Shown here: positions 27,201 to 36,792 of the stretch, piece by piece
Numbering within the stretch: position 1 is the first letter of the stretch
Layout of the letters: each line of letters opens with the position of its first letter
Source: a virus
Taxonomy: Duplodnaviria > Caudoviricetes
Virus record (IMG/VR): IMGVR_UViG_3300032086_003216
Location: 1-52,940 of that record
DNA length: 52,940 nt
Reading direction: 5' to 3' (one strand)
Made by a program: the position numbers and the translations under genes
Notes under the pieces: model-generated
The model's database searches: none
What the model was told of the DNA's origin: nothing
The model's input: the letters and a program-made list of their open reading frames with translations, nothing else

Positions 27201-30200
27201 CCTGTAAGAAACTGATCATCTGAAAGCCTTACTCTGCCATCAACGTTTCCTTCGACTAGGGGGTCTGCGGGAGATCCCGTATCACGATAACTTTCACGCC
27301 TAACTGGGAATTGAACCCCAACACCAGACTTGATTGAATTATAAAGAATACCAGGAGCAAAGAAAGGTCTAGATAACGCTCTAAATCTTGATGGCATACT
27401 AGCAGAACTCTCAACAATACGACCGCCGCCACCAGGAGCATATCCGCCACGGAAAGTAGAAAAATCAGCATAAGACTGAGAGAAAAGTGTTGCTATTTCA
27501 ATCGTTCTATTGACAGGATAAAAACCATCATATGGCAGAAGTTTTAGTATAGCCTCTGACTCCATCTTAAAATGTCTTGGATTTTTATTAAATTCTTTAT
27601 CATCCGAACTTTCTGCCATAAAAGGTTTCAGATATTCGATAACATCTGTTGTTCCATATCTAGGCATAAAATCTTCACTTGATCCGTCAAAAACATTTTC
27701 ACTCGCACCTGTTAGCTCAAAAGATGCTGTTACCAATGAAGATACTGAAGCTAAGTCTTTATAATTCGATATCTGGCTGCTAATTCTAAATTCTGGAACA
27801 ATGCTGAAGTCTTTTCCTTTTAATCTAACATCTGCAACATACTCGTCATACGTTTCATAAGTCGGGAAACGTGAAGGTGCTACTTTTGCTTTGGATGGTC
27901 CGTCAACAAATCTTCTTTCTTTTGCTGCTGTCCAGGGAGGTAAAGTTATGCTACCACCAGGCGACCTTCTTTCTAGAATAATTGCAAACGTGTCTGCGTG
28001 CTCTGGGTCTCCTTCATACACTGTTTTCGCCCCAGACATAAGAGAAGGTACTCCATAAACATATTGTGGACTATTGATACTTGAAGTGCCTGGCAACACA
28101 TTTCTAGCCTTTGTTTTGTGGTTAAGGGACCCGCTGATCGCTCGACCGTAGTGGGGCATCATTAATTCCCCCAAACCATATGTTCCAAGACAAGAAGCTA
28201 AAACATTTATGTTATTAGAAAACGATCCAGAATATGGACGCAACAAATAAGACACCAAATCAGAATCAGAAAATAGGTGAGAATCAAGTGGCCAAATTGA
28301 ACCAGACCCATAAAACTCATGAATATTAGTATTATCAACAATATCTGCATCGATTGGGGCTGTTTCATCAAATCGCACTCCATACCCAAAGGACGTAGTA
28401 AAATTCGCAAGAACTCTATTAAAATGAGAGTTAGAATCTTTCATCGTAAATTGTGCAGACGTCTCTAATCCTGGATTGAAATAGTTTCCATAAATACTAC
28501 CAGGGGTGTTTGTAGGAATCGTAACGATAGGATCAAAAACTTTAGTAATGTTAAACAGGTTTATAAGTGATGCGTTTCTTGTGCTTCCAGATGGTTGATC
28601 ATTTCGCCAGTAATCTTGTGCAAACGCCAGCCGTTGGCGAGTTCCAGAAAGATATGTATATCTTTCTCTTGGGAAGATTGTTTCTTCATATGCCATCAGT
28701 TTTATAAGCTCAGCACCAGTTGTATTTCGCTGCACTTTATCTGTAAAATTATCTCTCAAAACCTCATAAGGTCTTTTTATTTCACCAGACATGTATCCAG
28801 ACTTTTTGCCAAGTTTTATGTTTATTTCTTTATTTGCGAAAGATTGTAAAACATTTCCATATGAATACTCTAAAGTAACATCCATCTTTTCGTCATAGTT
28901 TGTTTTAGATGGAGTGCCCCTAGTTGTCTGTACATGATGAATCAGTGGTTTATATTTTGACGTCAAAGGTGGCTCAACGTACCTTGCAGAAAAACTTGAT
29001 GTTATTCTATTTGTAAACCTATCAGTGTAGTAGGCATATGTAGTATTTTCTGCATATTGTTTTTCCCAATTAATTACAATATCACCTTTGTTTGTTTTAG
29101 AATCAATAGTTTTCTTTACTGTTTGGTTTGGTTCAAACTGATAAATATTTTTCTTAATGAGATGTCTAGCTCTGGTTGTTTCTGAGGTTCTTAATTGTGA
29201 CCAGGGAACGATACCATTAGAACTAACCCATTGATAGTTTACCTGTCCTGAAGAGGCTGAGTAGATTGACAAGGATTGTCCTAATCGAGTTTGTACAGGA
29301 ACAGCACCATTTGTTGGTTGTTGCGTAACAGCCAAAACACCACTGAAAAAGGATATAGCTCCATTGCCGGCTGTTGGAGGGTTTTGTTCATAAGTTCCAG
29401 AAATATCACTAACTGGACCCTGAAGTGACTGAGTTATTGTAATTACTGGCACTGCACCCTCGCCATAATCAATGTCGGTCACTGTAACAGAATAGTTCAT
29501 GTAAGAGCTAGCGTCATTAAGAGCTAAAAACAACGAATCTCTTATTTCCGTGAATGAGGTAGCACCTTGCACACCAAATTCATATACTCGTTGGCCCAGA
29601 TAATCATCGCTTGTAAAACTATCTAACGCTCTTCCGCTTGAAGCTGAAACCCTTATAAACTCAAGACCTCCGGCTTCTGGTTGAAAAATATCTATTGTTC
29701 TAGAGTCCCACTGGGATGGTTTATTGCTGTTTATTGCAAGCACTGCATTGTCCGCAATTCTTCCCTCTGTCCTTGTTGCAATTGAAGATGTGTTTATATA
29801 GATGTTTTGAGGATATCGAGAGCCAGAAATTAAATATTGACTATAAGTGTTTGTATAATCATCTCCCTCAACAGAATTAATAAACCAGTTTAACCTATCT
29901 GCTTGAGGAATTGGTCTACTAACAAAAGCGTTATCATATCTAAAGCTGCTAGATGTATAAATCTCATTGTTGACACCTGAAGCTTTATGGTCCGAAGAAA
30001 ATATTTTTAATTTTCTTGTTGCGTTTCTTTGGGTTTTATGTACAGCAGCTTTGGCAATAAATTTCGGACTTACCTCCATAGCGTTTGCAGTAACCCCAGT
30101 TGCTTCAGCAAGTTCCTCTGTAAAATTAGTTCCTATGATCTCAGTGTCAAACTCATTTCTTCTTATGCCGATAGAAACCTTGTCTCCTGAAGCATCTGAA

Positions 30201-33200
30201 AAAGAAGTAGGTCCTACAACTGAATATTTGTATGGATTGCTAAGTGTTGCTATCCAAGAGGTTAAACTTATAGATATCGCCGTAGCAAGATCACTGTCAG
30301 CGGCCGGTCCTGGAGTTAGACCATTAACTCCAATCTCTGTGGTGGTGGAGTTAAATGGCGTCACACTAGCATCAACCGATGCGTCGTAGGTGTCTCCATC
30401 TGGTGTTACAAATTGTAACGGCTGACCATCTGAAAATTGTGCGGATTGTAGAAACAAAGAAGCGGAAGGATATCCAAATTCTTGAACACCTGCATTAAGT
30501 AAATCAAGTGCAACTTCTGGGTTCCCAAACCCGTTAGTACCATCGTTTTGTCCCTGTTCAGAATTTCTAATAGCTAACGGAGTAAAGGTTGTCAATATCT
30601 CGTTGCTCGATCCAGAGAAGCCGCCCCAGTTTACATGTGCCGCAAGTTCTCTCATATAGGGAAGTCTTGTGTCTATATTTCTGAAAGGAAGCGCATTGTT
30701 CGGTGAAAACTGGTCCGAGGCAACATCTCTAAATTGTTGCTTAGAGTCTAGTTTACTACCAGGCGACGAGAATCTGCTAGCTATTACTGTTCGTGTTGTC
30801 CTCAGAGAATCTCTGTTTCTTGGATTATAGTAATCGTCTGAACCTGTCCTGTTCAGATTTCTCATCTCAATCGTGCTTACAAAAGCAGTTGGGATACTAG
30901 AAGTATAATAAAGATTGTTATGAAAGAGGAAATCCATATTGGCAGAATTTCTGTCAGAAGTCTGCAAAACTTCATAGTTTTTATGGAAGTTGCCAATTGG
31001 ATTAACACCACCTGTAACGCTACCATCTAAGTTCTGTAGATTTGTTCGTATGTTAGCAATATTCACAGGCGAAGCAGCACCAAGTGTCCTCCTGTATTGT
31101 CCCTTTGGAACACTACCAGTTATAATTGATCGTATTCGCCCCTTGACAGGGTTCGAAGCTAGGAACTCAAGAGCAAATGCTTCCCTTCTTTCGCTTTGTA
31201 AAAGCGGCGCAACATGGCGGCTTTGCAACCCACCAACGTGTTGCAGGGTAAATGGTCCCTGTAATGTCTCAGGATCCTCGTGCAAATTTGTTATAATGGT
31301 TCCTGTCAATCCATTATTACTTACATCCAACATATAACCAGTATTTACACTAGAACTATACGCAGTAAACGGAACTAAAAGCTCGCCTGAAAACTTTTCA
31401 TTATCATTCGTAGCTTCGAAGATAGTTTTTCTTTTTACCTTTGGATCTGGATCATCTGTTGTATCCTGGAAAGCCTTAAAGTTTCCAAAAGTTATATCCC
31501 TAATATTTGAATACTTAAATGTGCCTGGAGTCTGTCCTATGCCTTGACTTTTGTAGACTGAGCCTGCTATGCTAACCAGCTTACTTGATGTAACCTCTGA
31601 TTGTAAAACACTAAGTATTCTCTGCCTGTAATCATTAACTCCTGGTACAGATGAGGAGATTGTTGGGTTTGTTCGCTCTGCCCTATATTTCCACCAGAAT
31701 GAGTTTTCGTTTTCTTTTTGCGGCGACTGTGGCAGAGGAGCACGGCGCTGAACATACGAAACAACTCCTGCTTCGCCACCAAGTGCAAGCTGGCTTCTTC
31801 CTGCTCGGACCAAAGGTTGTGATCCCATTGTGCCCCTGGAAACTTCTCCTCCTGGAGGGAAGGTCCCCTTTCGATCGCCAAGGAAAGCATATTTATATTT
31901 AGGTCTTTCCAGAACGTGACTTTCAATTATGTTTCTCACACCAGATGCGTGAGGAGAAGAAGCTGGGTAAAGTTGCTCAACTATATTACCAATGGAAGAA
32001 TCTATCCACTTGTAGTAATCCAAATACTTGTCAAAGTCTGGTATATTTCCAACCTTCTTGAAAAACAATTGTCTTAGTTTTTCCATGCTCTTATAGTTTG
32101 GTCTGTATGTGTTTACTGGCTCACCTATAAGATTATTCATTTCATCAATTGAAGCAAAAAGCTGCAACATAACTTTAGACACGTTTCCATACATGCTCTT
32201 CTCCAGAGCATAGTAATAGTCAGTTGGGCGGGCAGCGGGCGTAAACACATTGCTGTCGGAAGATACAACAGAAACCATATCTGTACTAGACACAAATTCT
32301 GGGACTTGAAGCTCTTCTTTGTAGACGTATTCTTTTCTCGCTGGGGTGGAAGATCCTGCAAAGTCTCTACCTTCGCCAGTGTGTTGTCTAAGGGTTATGT
32401 TACTAAAGACCCCTTGATATTGATTTTCGTATGAATCATCGGCAGACCCTGAGGATCTATCCAATACATCAAACTGACCCGAAGAGTCGCTTCCAGTAAT
32501 ATTTGCAAAGTCCCAGTTAAGTGCCAAGGTTTCAATTCTTGGTATATGCATCCCAGGATTTCTTGATTGGAATTCATAAGACTCTCTTGTTGGGTCTTTT
32601 CTTCCGTAAGAATCTACTTCGTTTGCGTGCAGATCAATTGTTCCAGTTGGTAGAACGTCTGTCCAGTATCGCAAACTGCTAGCTCTAACATCAGATCGAG
32701 CAAGGATAGCTCCTGTAAAGTTTGTTTTATGAGCACCAACGAAGAACCTTTTTGCTGCTGCTGTCATCCTAGAGCCTGTAGCATAAGACAAGGTTCTTCT
32801 TGCCAAGAAAGAATTTCTCTTCACTCCTGTGTCGTAGTTGACACCATAGAAAGAAACCTCATAGCCATCGCTCGTGTCAATAAAAGATCCTGTTATTCCT
32901 GTCGCAAATTGATACTTAGTGGGGTTTACAGATAAAGCAAAGTTCCACTTTTGATTGTCATAGACGTTATAAAAAACGCTCGACGTTAGTAGTTGAGTTC
33001 CATCCCGATCTTGCACAGAAAAATAAACATCTCTGACATTGTCTATAGGACTAGATACCTCAGAAAAGGCTGCTGGGCTCTTGATAGCCCGAACTTGAAG
33101 ACCCCAATCGTTTAGCGTCCCTGTGACTGTTGTGTCTGTATTTTCAGCAGCATTTGTTCCAGGTGCTGGAGAATGGAAACCAAACAAAGATGAAGTTACA

Positions 33201-35302
33201 ACAGAAATTAAATCATAGGAAAGATTTTTAGCATTTTGGAAAGATGGAAAAACGACTTCACACTCAGCAGTAAATCCAAATTCGTGTAGTTCTGCACTGC
33301 CACTATCACCATAAATTATACCCCAAGATCCAGATACATTAGGATTATGGATTTGGAACACTGTACCACTAACATCTGCTCGGTTGTTAAGTCCACTGAA
33401 ATCAATATATTTCTTGTTACTTACAGCGGGCTTATATTGGGATTCTAGCTTATAGGAAGAATTGACACCATAGGTGTTAAGAGAAACTATTCCATCATCT
33501 ACACCAAAACACCTGATTAGATTGCGAATAGATTTTTCGCTGCCCTTAGACTTCAAAATATTACTAAGGTTGTTATAGATGTTTCTGTAGATTGTATTTT
33601 TGATAGACTTTACGTCTTGCTCAAAATTTATCTGCTCATCTCTCTTGAAGTAGTTTTCTAAGATTCCTGTGTCGGCAAAGATCTCAGACGCCTCTAGCCC
33701 TAAGCTATCAACCAACCTATCATTATATGGAAATTCATTTATACTTCCTGAGGAACTACCGCTTATGTACTGAACATCTTTTATTCTGGATAATTCTGTT
33801 ATCTGCAAGTGCAGGGTATCAAAGTAGCTTGACATCACTTGTGTGATATTGCTTAATTCTTTTGACGAGTTCTCATCTTCTTCGATTATCCACGACGGAA
33901 TCGAATTCATCATATGAGCAGCGTTTTCATAATCGTGCTGACGCCCATCAGACGTTAGCTCATTTTTGATTCTAGTATATTCAGAGTTTGGCAACCTAAC
34001 AATCGGATCAGCTACTTCGCTTATAGATTCTCTATTCATTTGATCCAGTGCGGATTCTGTTTCTCTTATCCCTGAAGTTTCGTATCCTCTCCAGGATCCG
34101 TTTGATATTCTGCCAGAATAATCAAGAACTATCTTATCGGTTGCTGCTACGCTAGTAACACCCTCATTAAATTTAAAGTACACGCCGAGACTAACATTTG
34201 CATCATATTTGTTTGCGCCGCCATTGACAGACGACATCCAATGTCTTCCAACCTCTTCAGCGTTTCGTGCTTTTTTCCAAAATCTAAATTCGTCCAGAGA
34301 TGCAGACAGCTTACCATAACCTTTGTTTACGACCCTGTCAGCATGAGGAGAAGTTCCAGAGGGAGCAGTAACCAAAGCGCCGAGATTGGCGATTAGCGAG
34401 CCTGTAACTAAGTCAATCCGACCTGCATGGCGGCTTGGCTCACTCGCATCAGAAGCAGATATGCTAGTCTCTCTACAAACACCATTGACATAAAAATCAA
34501 TTGTTGGAGTAGATCCGCTAGTATTAAACACAAATGAGTAAAAGTCCCATGACCCACTCGTTGTTTGAAGACCACCAGTTGTAGGAACAGACTGAGTCAC
34601 GAAGCCTGTAGCACCAGACATCATGGTAACTCTGAATCTGTCTTCAGATCCTGAGAATATTTCTATGGTCAATCTTCCGTAGCCAGCAGATCCTGATGTA
34701 AATCCGTTATGTGCATCAAAGATAACTTGTTTGTGTGATTGCGAATTTCCTAAAGGTATGCCGCTTTCTTTCTTATAAAAGAATTCAACAGTTGAGCCAC
34801 TTGGTCCACCAAACTCTAGATTGTTTGTCCTATTTGATCCAGAAGAATAAACCGTGGTTGCATGTGGTCCACCTTTTACTTCGATGTATTCGGCGGACGA
34901 AGAAAAATATCCTGTTGAACCAGAGGTTGCTGATCCGTAGGTATTGCCAAGAACAACATACCCCTTAGATGTAGGATATTTGTTCTCAAGCAGCCACTTT
35001 TCTAGCGGGTTTAGTTGGTTAAAGAATTGTTCTTTTTCAAACCCAGAACCATCATATGGATAGTTGCTTGCTATATGAGAAAAGGCATTCTCATAATATT
35101 TTTCAGCCGAACCAAATTTTGCAAACTCTTTTGGGTTAGCATAATCAGCACGGGGAACGAACGCTTCTGATCTGTCAACAACCTGTTTAAGATGCGCAGC
35201 AGATTCTATAGAAGTTGCTACGTTATCAGCAGATGATTTCTTGAGATATTTTGAGGCAGAGGTCTCTTTTTTATTTTTATCAAATAACTTTTTGATACTC
35301 AT
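24284..35302 (-). CDS. Giant (3672-aa) baseplate/tail protein with LamG/ConA-like domains
   Basis: WDFYSFVF..IDFYVNG..LDEFRFWKKAR LamG pattern; ILKSKGSEKSIRNLIRCFG resembles the KGT wedge motif of tail-I/gp7-like proteins; Pro/Ala- and Gly-rich C-terminus. Confidence 0.7.
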   Translation of the reverse strand: MSIKKLFDKNKKETSASKYLKKSSADNVATSIESAAHLKQVVDRSEAFVPRADYANPKEFAKFGSAEKYYENAFSHIASNYPYDGSGFEKEQFFNQLNPLEKWLLENKYPTSKGYVVLGNTYGSATSGSTGYFSSSAEYIEVKGGPHATTVYSSGSNRTNNLEFGGPSGSTVEFFYKKESGIPLGNSQSHKQVIFDAHNGFTSGSAGYGRLTIEIFSGSEDRFRVTMMSGATGFVTQSVPTTGGLQTTSGSWDFYSFVFNTSGSTPTIDFYVNGVCRETSISASDASEPSRHAGRIDLVTGSLIANLGALVTAPSGTSPHADRVVNKGYGKLSASLDEFRFWKKARNAEEVGRHWMSSVNGGANKYDANVSLGVYFKFNEGVTSVAATDKIVLDYSGRISNGSWRGYETSGIRETESALDQMNRESISEVADPIVRLPNSEYTRIKNELTSDGRQHDYENAAHMMNSIPSWIIEEDENSSKELSNITQVMSSYFDTLHLQITELSRIKDVQYISGSSSGSINEFPYNDRLVDSLGLEASEIFADTGILENYFKRDEQINFEQDVKSIKNTIYRNIYNNLSNILKSKGSEKSIRNLIRCFGVDDGIVSLNTYGVNSSYKLESQYKPAVSNKKYIDFSGLNNRADVSGTVFQIHNPNVSGSWGIIYGDSGSAELHEFGFTAECEVVFPSFQNAKNLSYDLISVVTSSLFGFHSPAPGTNAAENTDTTVTGTLNDWGLQVRAIKSPAAFSEVSSPIDNVRDVYFSVQDRDGTQLLTSSVFYNVYDNQKWNFALSVNPTKYQFATGITGSFIDTSDGYEVSFYGVNYDTGVKRNSFLARRTLSYATGSRMTAAAKRFFVGAHKTNFTGAILARSDVRASSLRYWTDVLPTGTIDLHANEVDSYGRKDPTRESYEFQSRNPGMHIPRIETLALNWDFANITGSDSSGQFDVLDRSSGSADDSYENQYQGVFSNITLRQHTGEGRDFAGSSTPARKEYVYKEELQVPEFVSSTDMVSVVSSDSNVFTPAARPTDYYYALEKSMYGNVSKVMLQLFASIDEMNNLIGEPVNTYRPNYKSMEKLRQLFFKKVGNIPDFDKYLDYYKWIDSSIGNIVEQLYPASSPHASGVRNIIESHVLERPKYKYAFLGDRKGTFPPGGEVSRGTMGSQPLVRAGRSQLALGGEAGVVSYVQRRAPLPQSPQKENENSFWWKYRAERTNPTISSSVPGVNDYRQRILSVLQSEVTSSKLVSIAGSVYKSQGIGQTPGTFKYSNIRDITFGNFKAFQDTTDDPDPKVKRKTIFEATNDNEKFSGELLVPFTAYSSSVNTGYMLDVSNNGLTGTIITNLHEDPETLQGPFTLQHVGGLQSRHVAPLLQSERREAFALEFLASNPVKGRIRSIITGSVPKGQYRRTLGAASPVNIANIRTNLQNLDGSVTGGVNPIGNFHKNYEVLQTSDRNSANMDFLFHNNLYYTSSIPTAFVSTIEMRNLNRTGSDDYYNPRNRDSLRTTRTVIASRFSSPGSKLDSKQQFRDVASDQFSPNNALPFRNIDTRLPYMRELAAHVNWGGFSGSSNEILTTFTPLAIRNSEQGQNDGTNGFGNPEVALDLLNAGVQEFGYPSASLFLQSAQFSDGQPLQFVTPDGDTYDASVDASVTPFNSTTTEIGVNGLTPGPAADSDLATAISISLTSWIATLSNPYKYSVVGPTSFSDASGDKVSIGIRRNEFDTEIIGTNFTEELAEATGVTANAMEVSPKFIAKAAVHKTQRNATRKLKIFSSDHKASGVNNEIYTSSSFRYDNAFVSRPIPQADRLNWFINSVEGDDYTNTYSQYLISGSRYPQNIYINTSSIATRTEGRIADNAVLAINSNKPSQWDSRTIDIFQPEAGGLEFIRVSASSGRALDSFTSDDYLGQRVYEFGVQGATSFTEIRDSLFLALNDASSYMNYSVTVTDIDYGEGAVPVITITQSLQGPVSDISGTYEQNPPTAGNGAISFFSGVLAVTQQPTNGAVPVQTRLGQSLSIYSASSGQVNYQWVSSNGIVPWSQLRTSETTRARHLIKKNIYQFEPNQTVKKTIDSKTNKGDIVINWEKQYAENTTYAYYTDRFTNRITSSFSARYVEPPLTSKYKPLIHHVQTTRGTPSKTNYDEKMDVTLEYSYGNVLQSFANKEINIKLGKKSGYMSGEIKRPYEVLRDNFTDKVQRNTTGAELIKLMAYEETIFPRERYTYLSGTRQRLAFAQDYWRNDQPSGSTRNASLINLFNITKVFDPIVTIPTNTPGSIYGNYFNPGLETSAQFTMKDSNSHFNRVLANFTTSFGYGVRFDETAPIDADIVDNTNIHEFYGSGSIWPLDSHLFSDSDLVSYLLRPYSGSFSNNINVLASCLGTYGLGELMMPHYGRAISGSLNHKTKARNVLPGTSSINSPQYVYGVPSLMSGAKTVYEGDPEHADTFAIILERRSPGGSITLPPWTAAKERRFVDGPSKAKVAPSRFPTYETYDEYVADVRLKGKDFSIVPEFRISSQISNYKDLASVSSLVTASFELTGASENVFDGSSEDFMPRYGTTDVIEYLKPFMAESSDDKEFNKNPRHFKMESEAILKLLPYDGFYPVNRTIEIATLFSQSYADFSTFRGGYAPGGGGRIVESSASMPSRFRALSRPFFAPGILYNSIKSGVGVQFPVRRESYRDTGSPADPLVEGNVDGRVRLSDDQFLTGSSMLSMSSGQFVVSNYFSPLHGCLSGALDTIVKGAGAGDGIAGFTAGAPGQIPGNRRRRTEGDQTNFDWVSHSDTQKFFWGDVIPFEGILNPLEHIGTSKTRLVNIDFNDNLYAGTHVSASVDGTEETRLGTDGKVKTFSDLLYRMSISNFVANVPQFFLKEKKEGGFMTKFVANVPSRASKNDPAGVSKTSQVEPNRIPVSSNKAYIMEIGLKKTDNFNLYNNPYAFGPPTSTGSYGWDTAAEENSAKPITTASSPEGAYPQGKNWPLHRGEFAPFTPTYYYGPSLVRITYTPSSNKEVSLSEILNSSEISVQYVNSNGYYYDFDSGSFADLQNSEVDTSGVPFYQWNRAWQNRQDIDASIIIDNLFPSDAGSKLKPLDPNKWVVMPKWECPILDFSGSGVSGDPTSNPYNFSSSVNVGEYEMETKGIWHQYGLMPKENEGIYLYISDVDDQSTEFRLVGNPTGSGGGSFSSATGEVRPVKKVPLSVIQSGREIASLATLVGFDEKEIMPANEWDPTRAKRLGELAEDGEKTMSEAIIAIPYFYDSETDKMRAMTLKAPKDSLGPKIKEFRQAFTKYSFPPSLRKTLVNLLPPNFPKVSNFINPFGGDDYDSLLSSGELTLARAPIVYLMEHTVELSKQDLADIWQNIMPEIGNSMKTSVTAIDHYMPGERSEETETIFPEILKKELELGLPRNGHPRPDLIDTEDMNIQDGFQPEIRWFIFKVKERGQTDYTNMMIEEINDGAASLSFENMFGYIADDLPPEQKRYLEDRKNVYTKGLYHIDELGRGRNTFNWPYDFCSLIESAKITTKVGFRPELDREVEEFDESKVTTAKSKAPQPNIDIDDISSDNILLPNLNMMQNMVFAPPPIAPPAPPAGQELLATPAIATPIIPVLPAIQNINVVPDTQAIAQAAAPAPTGQQQNAVPVVSPNISLRRTNIPNVSPVANLGRIGGGNNFGGGGFGGGNFGGY

Positions 35303-35304
35303 TA

Positions 35305-36792
35305 TTACTCACTCTCTTTATCATCTACTCTAAATTTGAATACTTCTGGTTGCTGTCTGTATTCGCCCTGTAAATAATAACAAAATTGAATTCCATAAGA
35401 GTACCCTGGCTCTAAAAAAGAAGTGTCCAGTTGGAAATAGCTACCGCTAATATCGTAGGACATCTTGGTGTGAGATGAGCTTCCTGTTCCAAAAGGTATT
35501 ATCTCCATATTATCCACTGTTCTGAACAAGCGATAAAAGCCATCCTCTATTATCTCTGGCTCAACTTCAGCACTAGCAACATTATAAATATTTGGCTGCC
35601 AGTTTTTTTGCCTTGAGAATACCCTTAATCTTGGTTTTTGTCCTTTTATATAACTACTCTTCAAATTTGTAATATCGGTGACATATTCGTCTTCGTATAT
35701 AAGAGCACTAGCTTGAAGAGTTTGTGGTTCAAAAGAGCCAGTAAAAAATTCTATTGGTTGTGTTAGCGAGCCCGTAAACCAAACATCATAAAGGACGTCC
35801 AAGGAAGAGGTTGAAGCAAAAGAACAGCTATAAGTTCCCGTTATATCAACGCCATTTTCAACAAGCAAAGAAGCAGTCACATGCTGTACATTTGCACCAG
35901 TTGAATCAATTATATGCAAAGCGTGGCCAGTTGGACCACCATTACTACCAGAATATATCCTGACTAACAAATCATTGTTTTCAATGTTAGGTAACATTTT
36001 AAGTTGACCTCGAACATTATTATACAAAAACAATGTATTCAAGTTGTCAGATGGAGTTGCCAAAGAACTACTAACCAAGAAGTTAGCCCTATGATCTTTT
36101 CTTCCAGAATCCCACCGAGCCTCAATATAAGGTCTCTTAAAGTAATATTGGCTTGTTCTTCCGAAAAATTTCTTGGTAAAGAAGGTTCCTTCATTGCCTG
36201 ATATTACTGAATCCGTATGCTTCAAGATAAAGCCATAGTTTAGACTGCTGTCTGTCCTCCATCGATCGATTGCATAACCAACATTCAGATCAATGTCCTC
36301 AAGCCCACCAGAGAAGTAAAAACTTGCAGAATACTGAGATCCCACAAAGTAGTAGCCACCCTCTGAATTCCATGCATTGTTGACAGATCCAGATATCCAG
36401 TTAGAAGCTCCAAGGTCTGAATATTGGTCCATATCTAGGCCTGTGCCTTCGTTCCAAGATTGTCGAAGAAGTGGCACTTCAAGACTATAGCCTAAAGGCG
36501 TACTATCAGCATGTGGGGCATTAAACATCCTAAGCCTATACTCAACGCTTGAGGACGGAACAATACCATCAGATATATCAGCCAAAATATCATCTACAGG
36601 AAACTCAATGATTATTCTTGATTGCTCTGCGTTTCCTGCATTTATAGAGGCAGAAGTTTGACCATGAATAACAAAAGCCTCAAGAACATCCGAAGCACCC
36701 ATGTTTGAACCCGTTGCACGAGTTATTAGGTTTGACTTAAATGCGTTTGTTATAGTATTATCTTTTGTTGCGAAATACCTTTTTATAGCCAT
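35305..36792 (-). CDS. Virion structural protein
   Basis: Beta-rich, ATKDNTI..NMGASDVLE..SRIIIEF N-terminus and PYIEARWD; adjacent to the gp6-like gene. Confidence 0.6.
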   Translation of the reverse strand: MAIKRYFATKDNTITNAFKSNLITRATGSNMGASDVLEAFVIHGQTSASINAGNAEQSRIIIEFPVDDILADISDGIVPSSSVEYRLRMFNAPHADSTPLGYSLEVPLLRQSWNEGTGLDMDQYSDLGASNWISGSVNNAWNSEGGYYFVGSQYSASFYFSGGLEDIDLNVGYAIDRWRTDSSLNYGFILKHTDSVISGNEGTFFTKKFFGRTSQYYFKRPYIEARWDSGRKDHRANFLVSSSLATPSDNLNTLFLYNNVRGQLKMLPNIENNDLLVRIYSGSNGGPTGHALHIIDSTGANVQHVTASLLVENGVDITGTYSCSFASTSSLDVLYDVWFTGSLTQPIEFFTGSFEPQTLQASALIYEDEYVTDITNLKSSYIKGQKPRLRVFSRQKNWQPNIYNVASAEVEPEIIEDGFYRLFRTVDNMEIIPFGTGSSSHTKMSYDISGSYFQLDTSFLEPGYSYGIQFCYYLQGEYRQQPEVFKFRVDDKESE

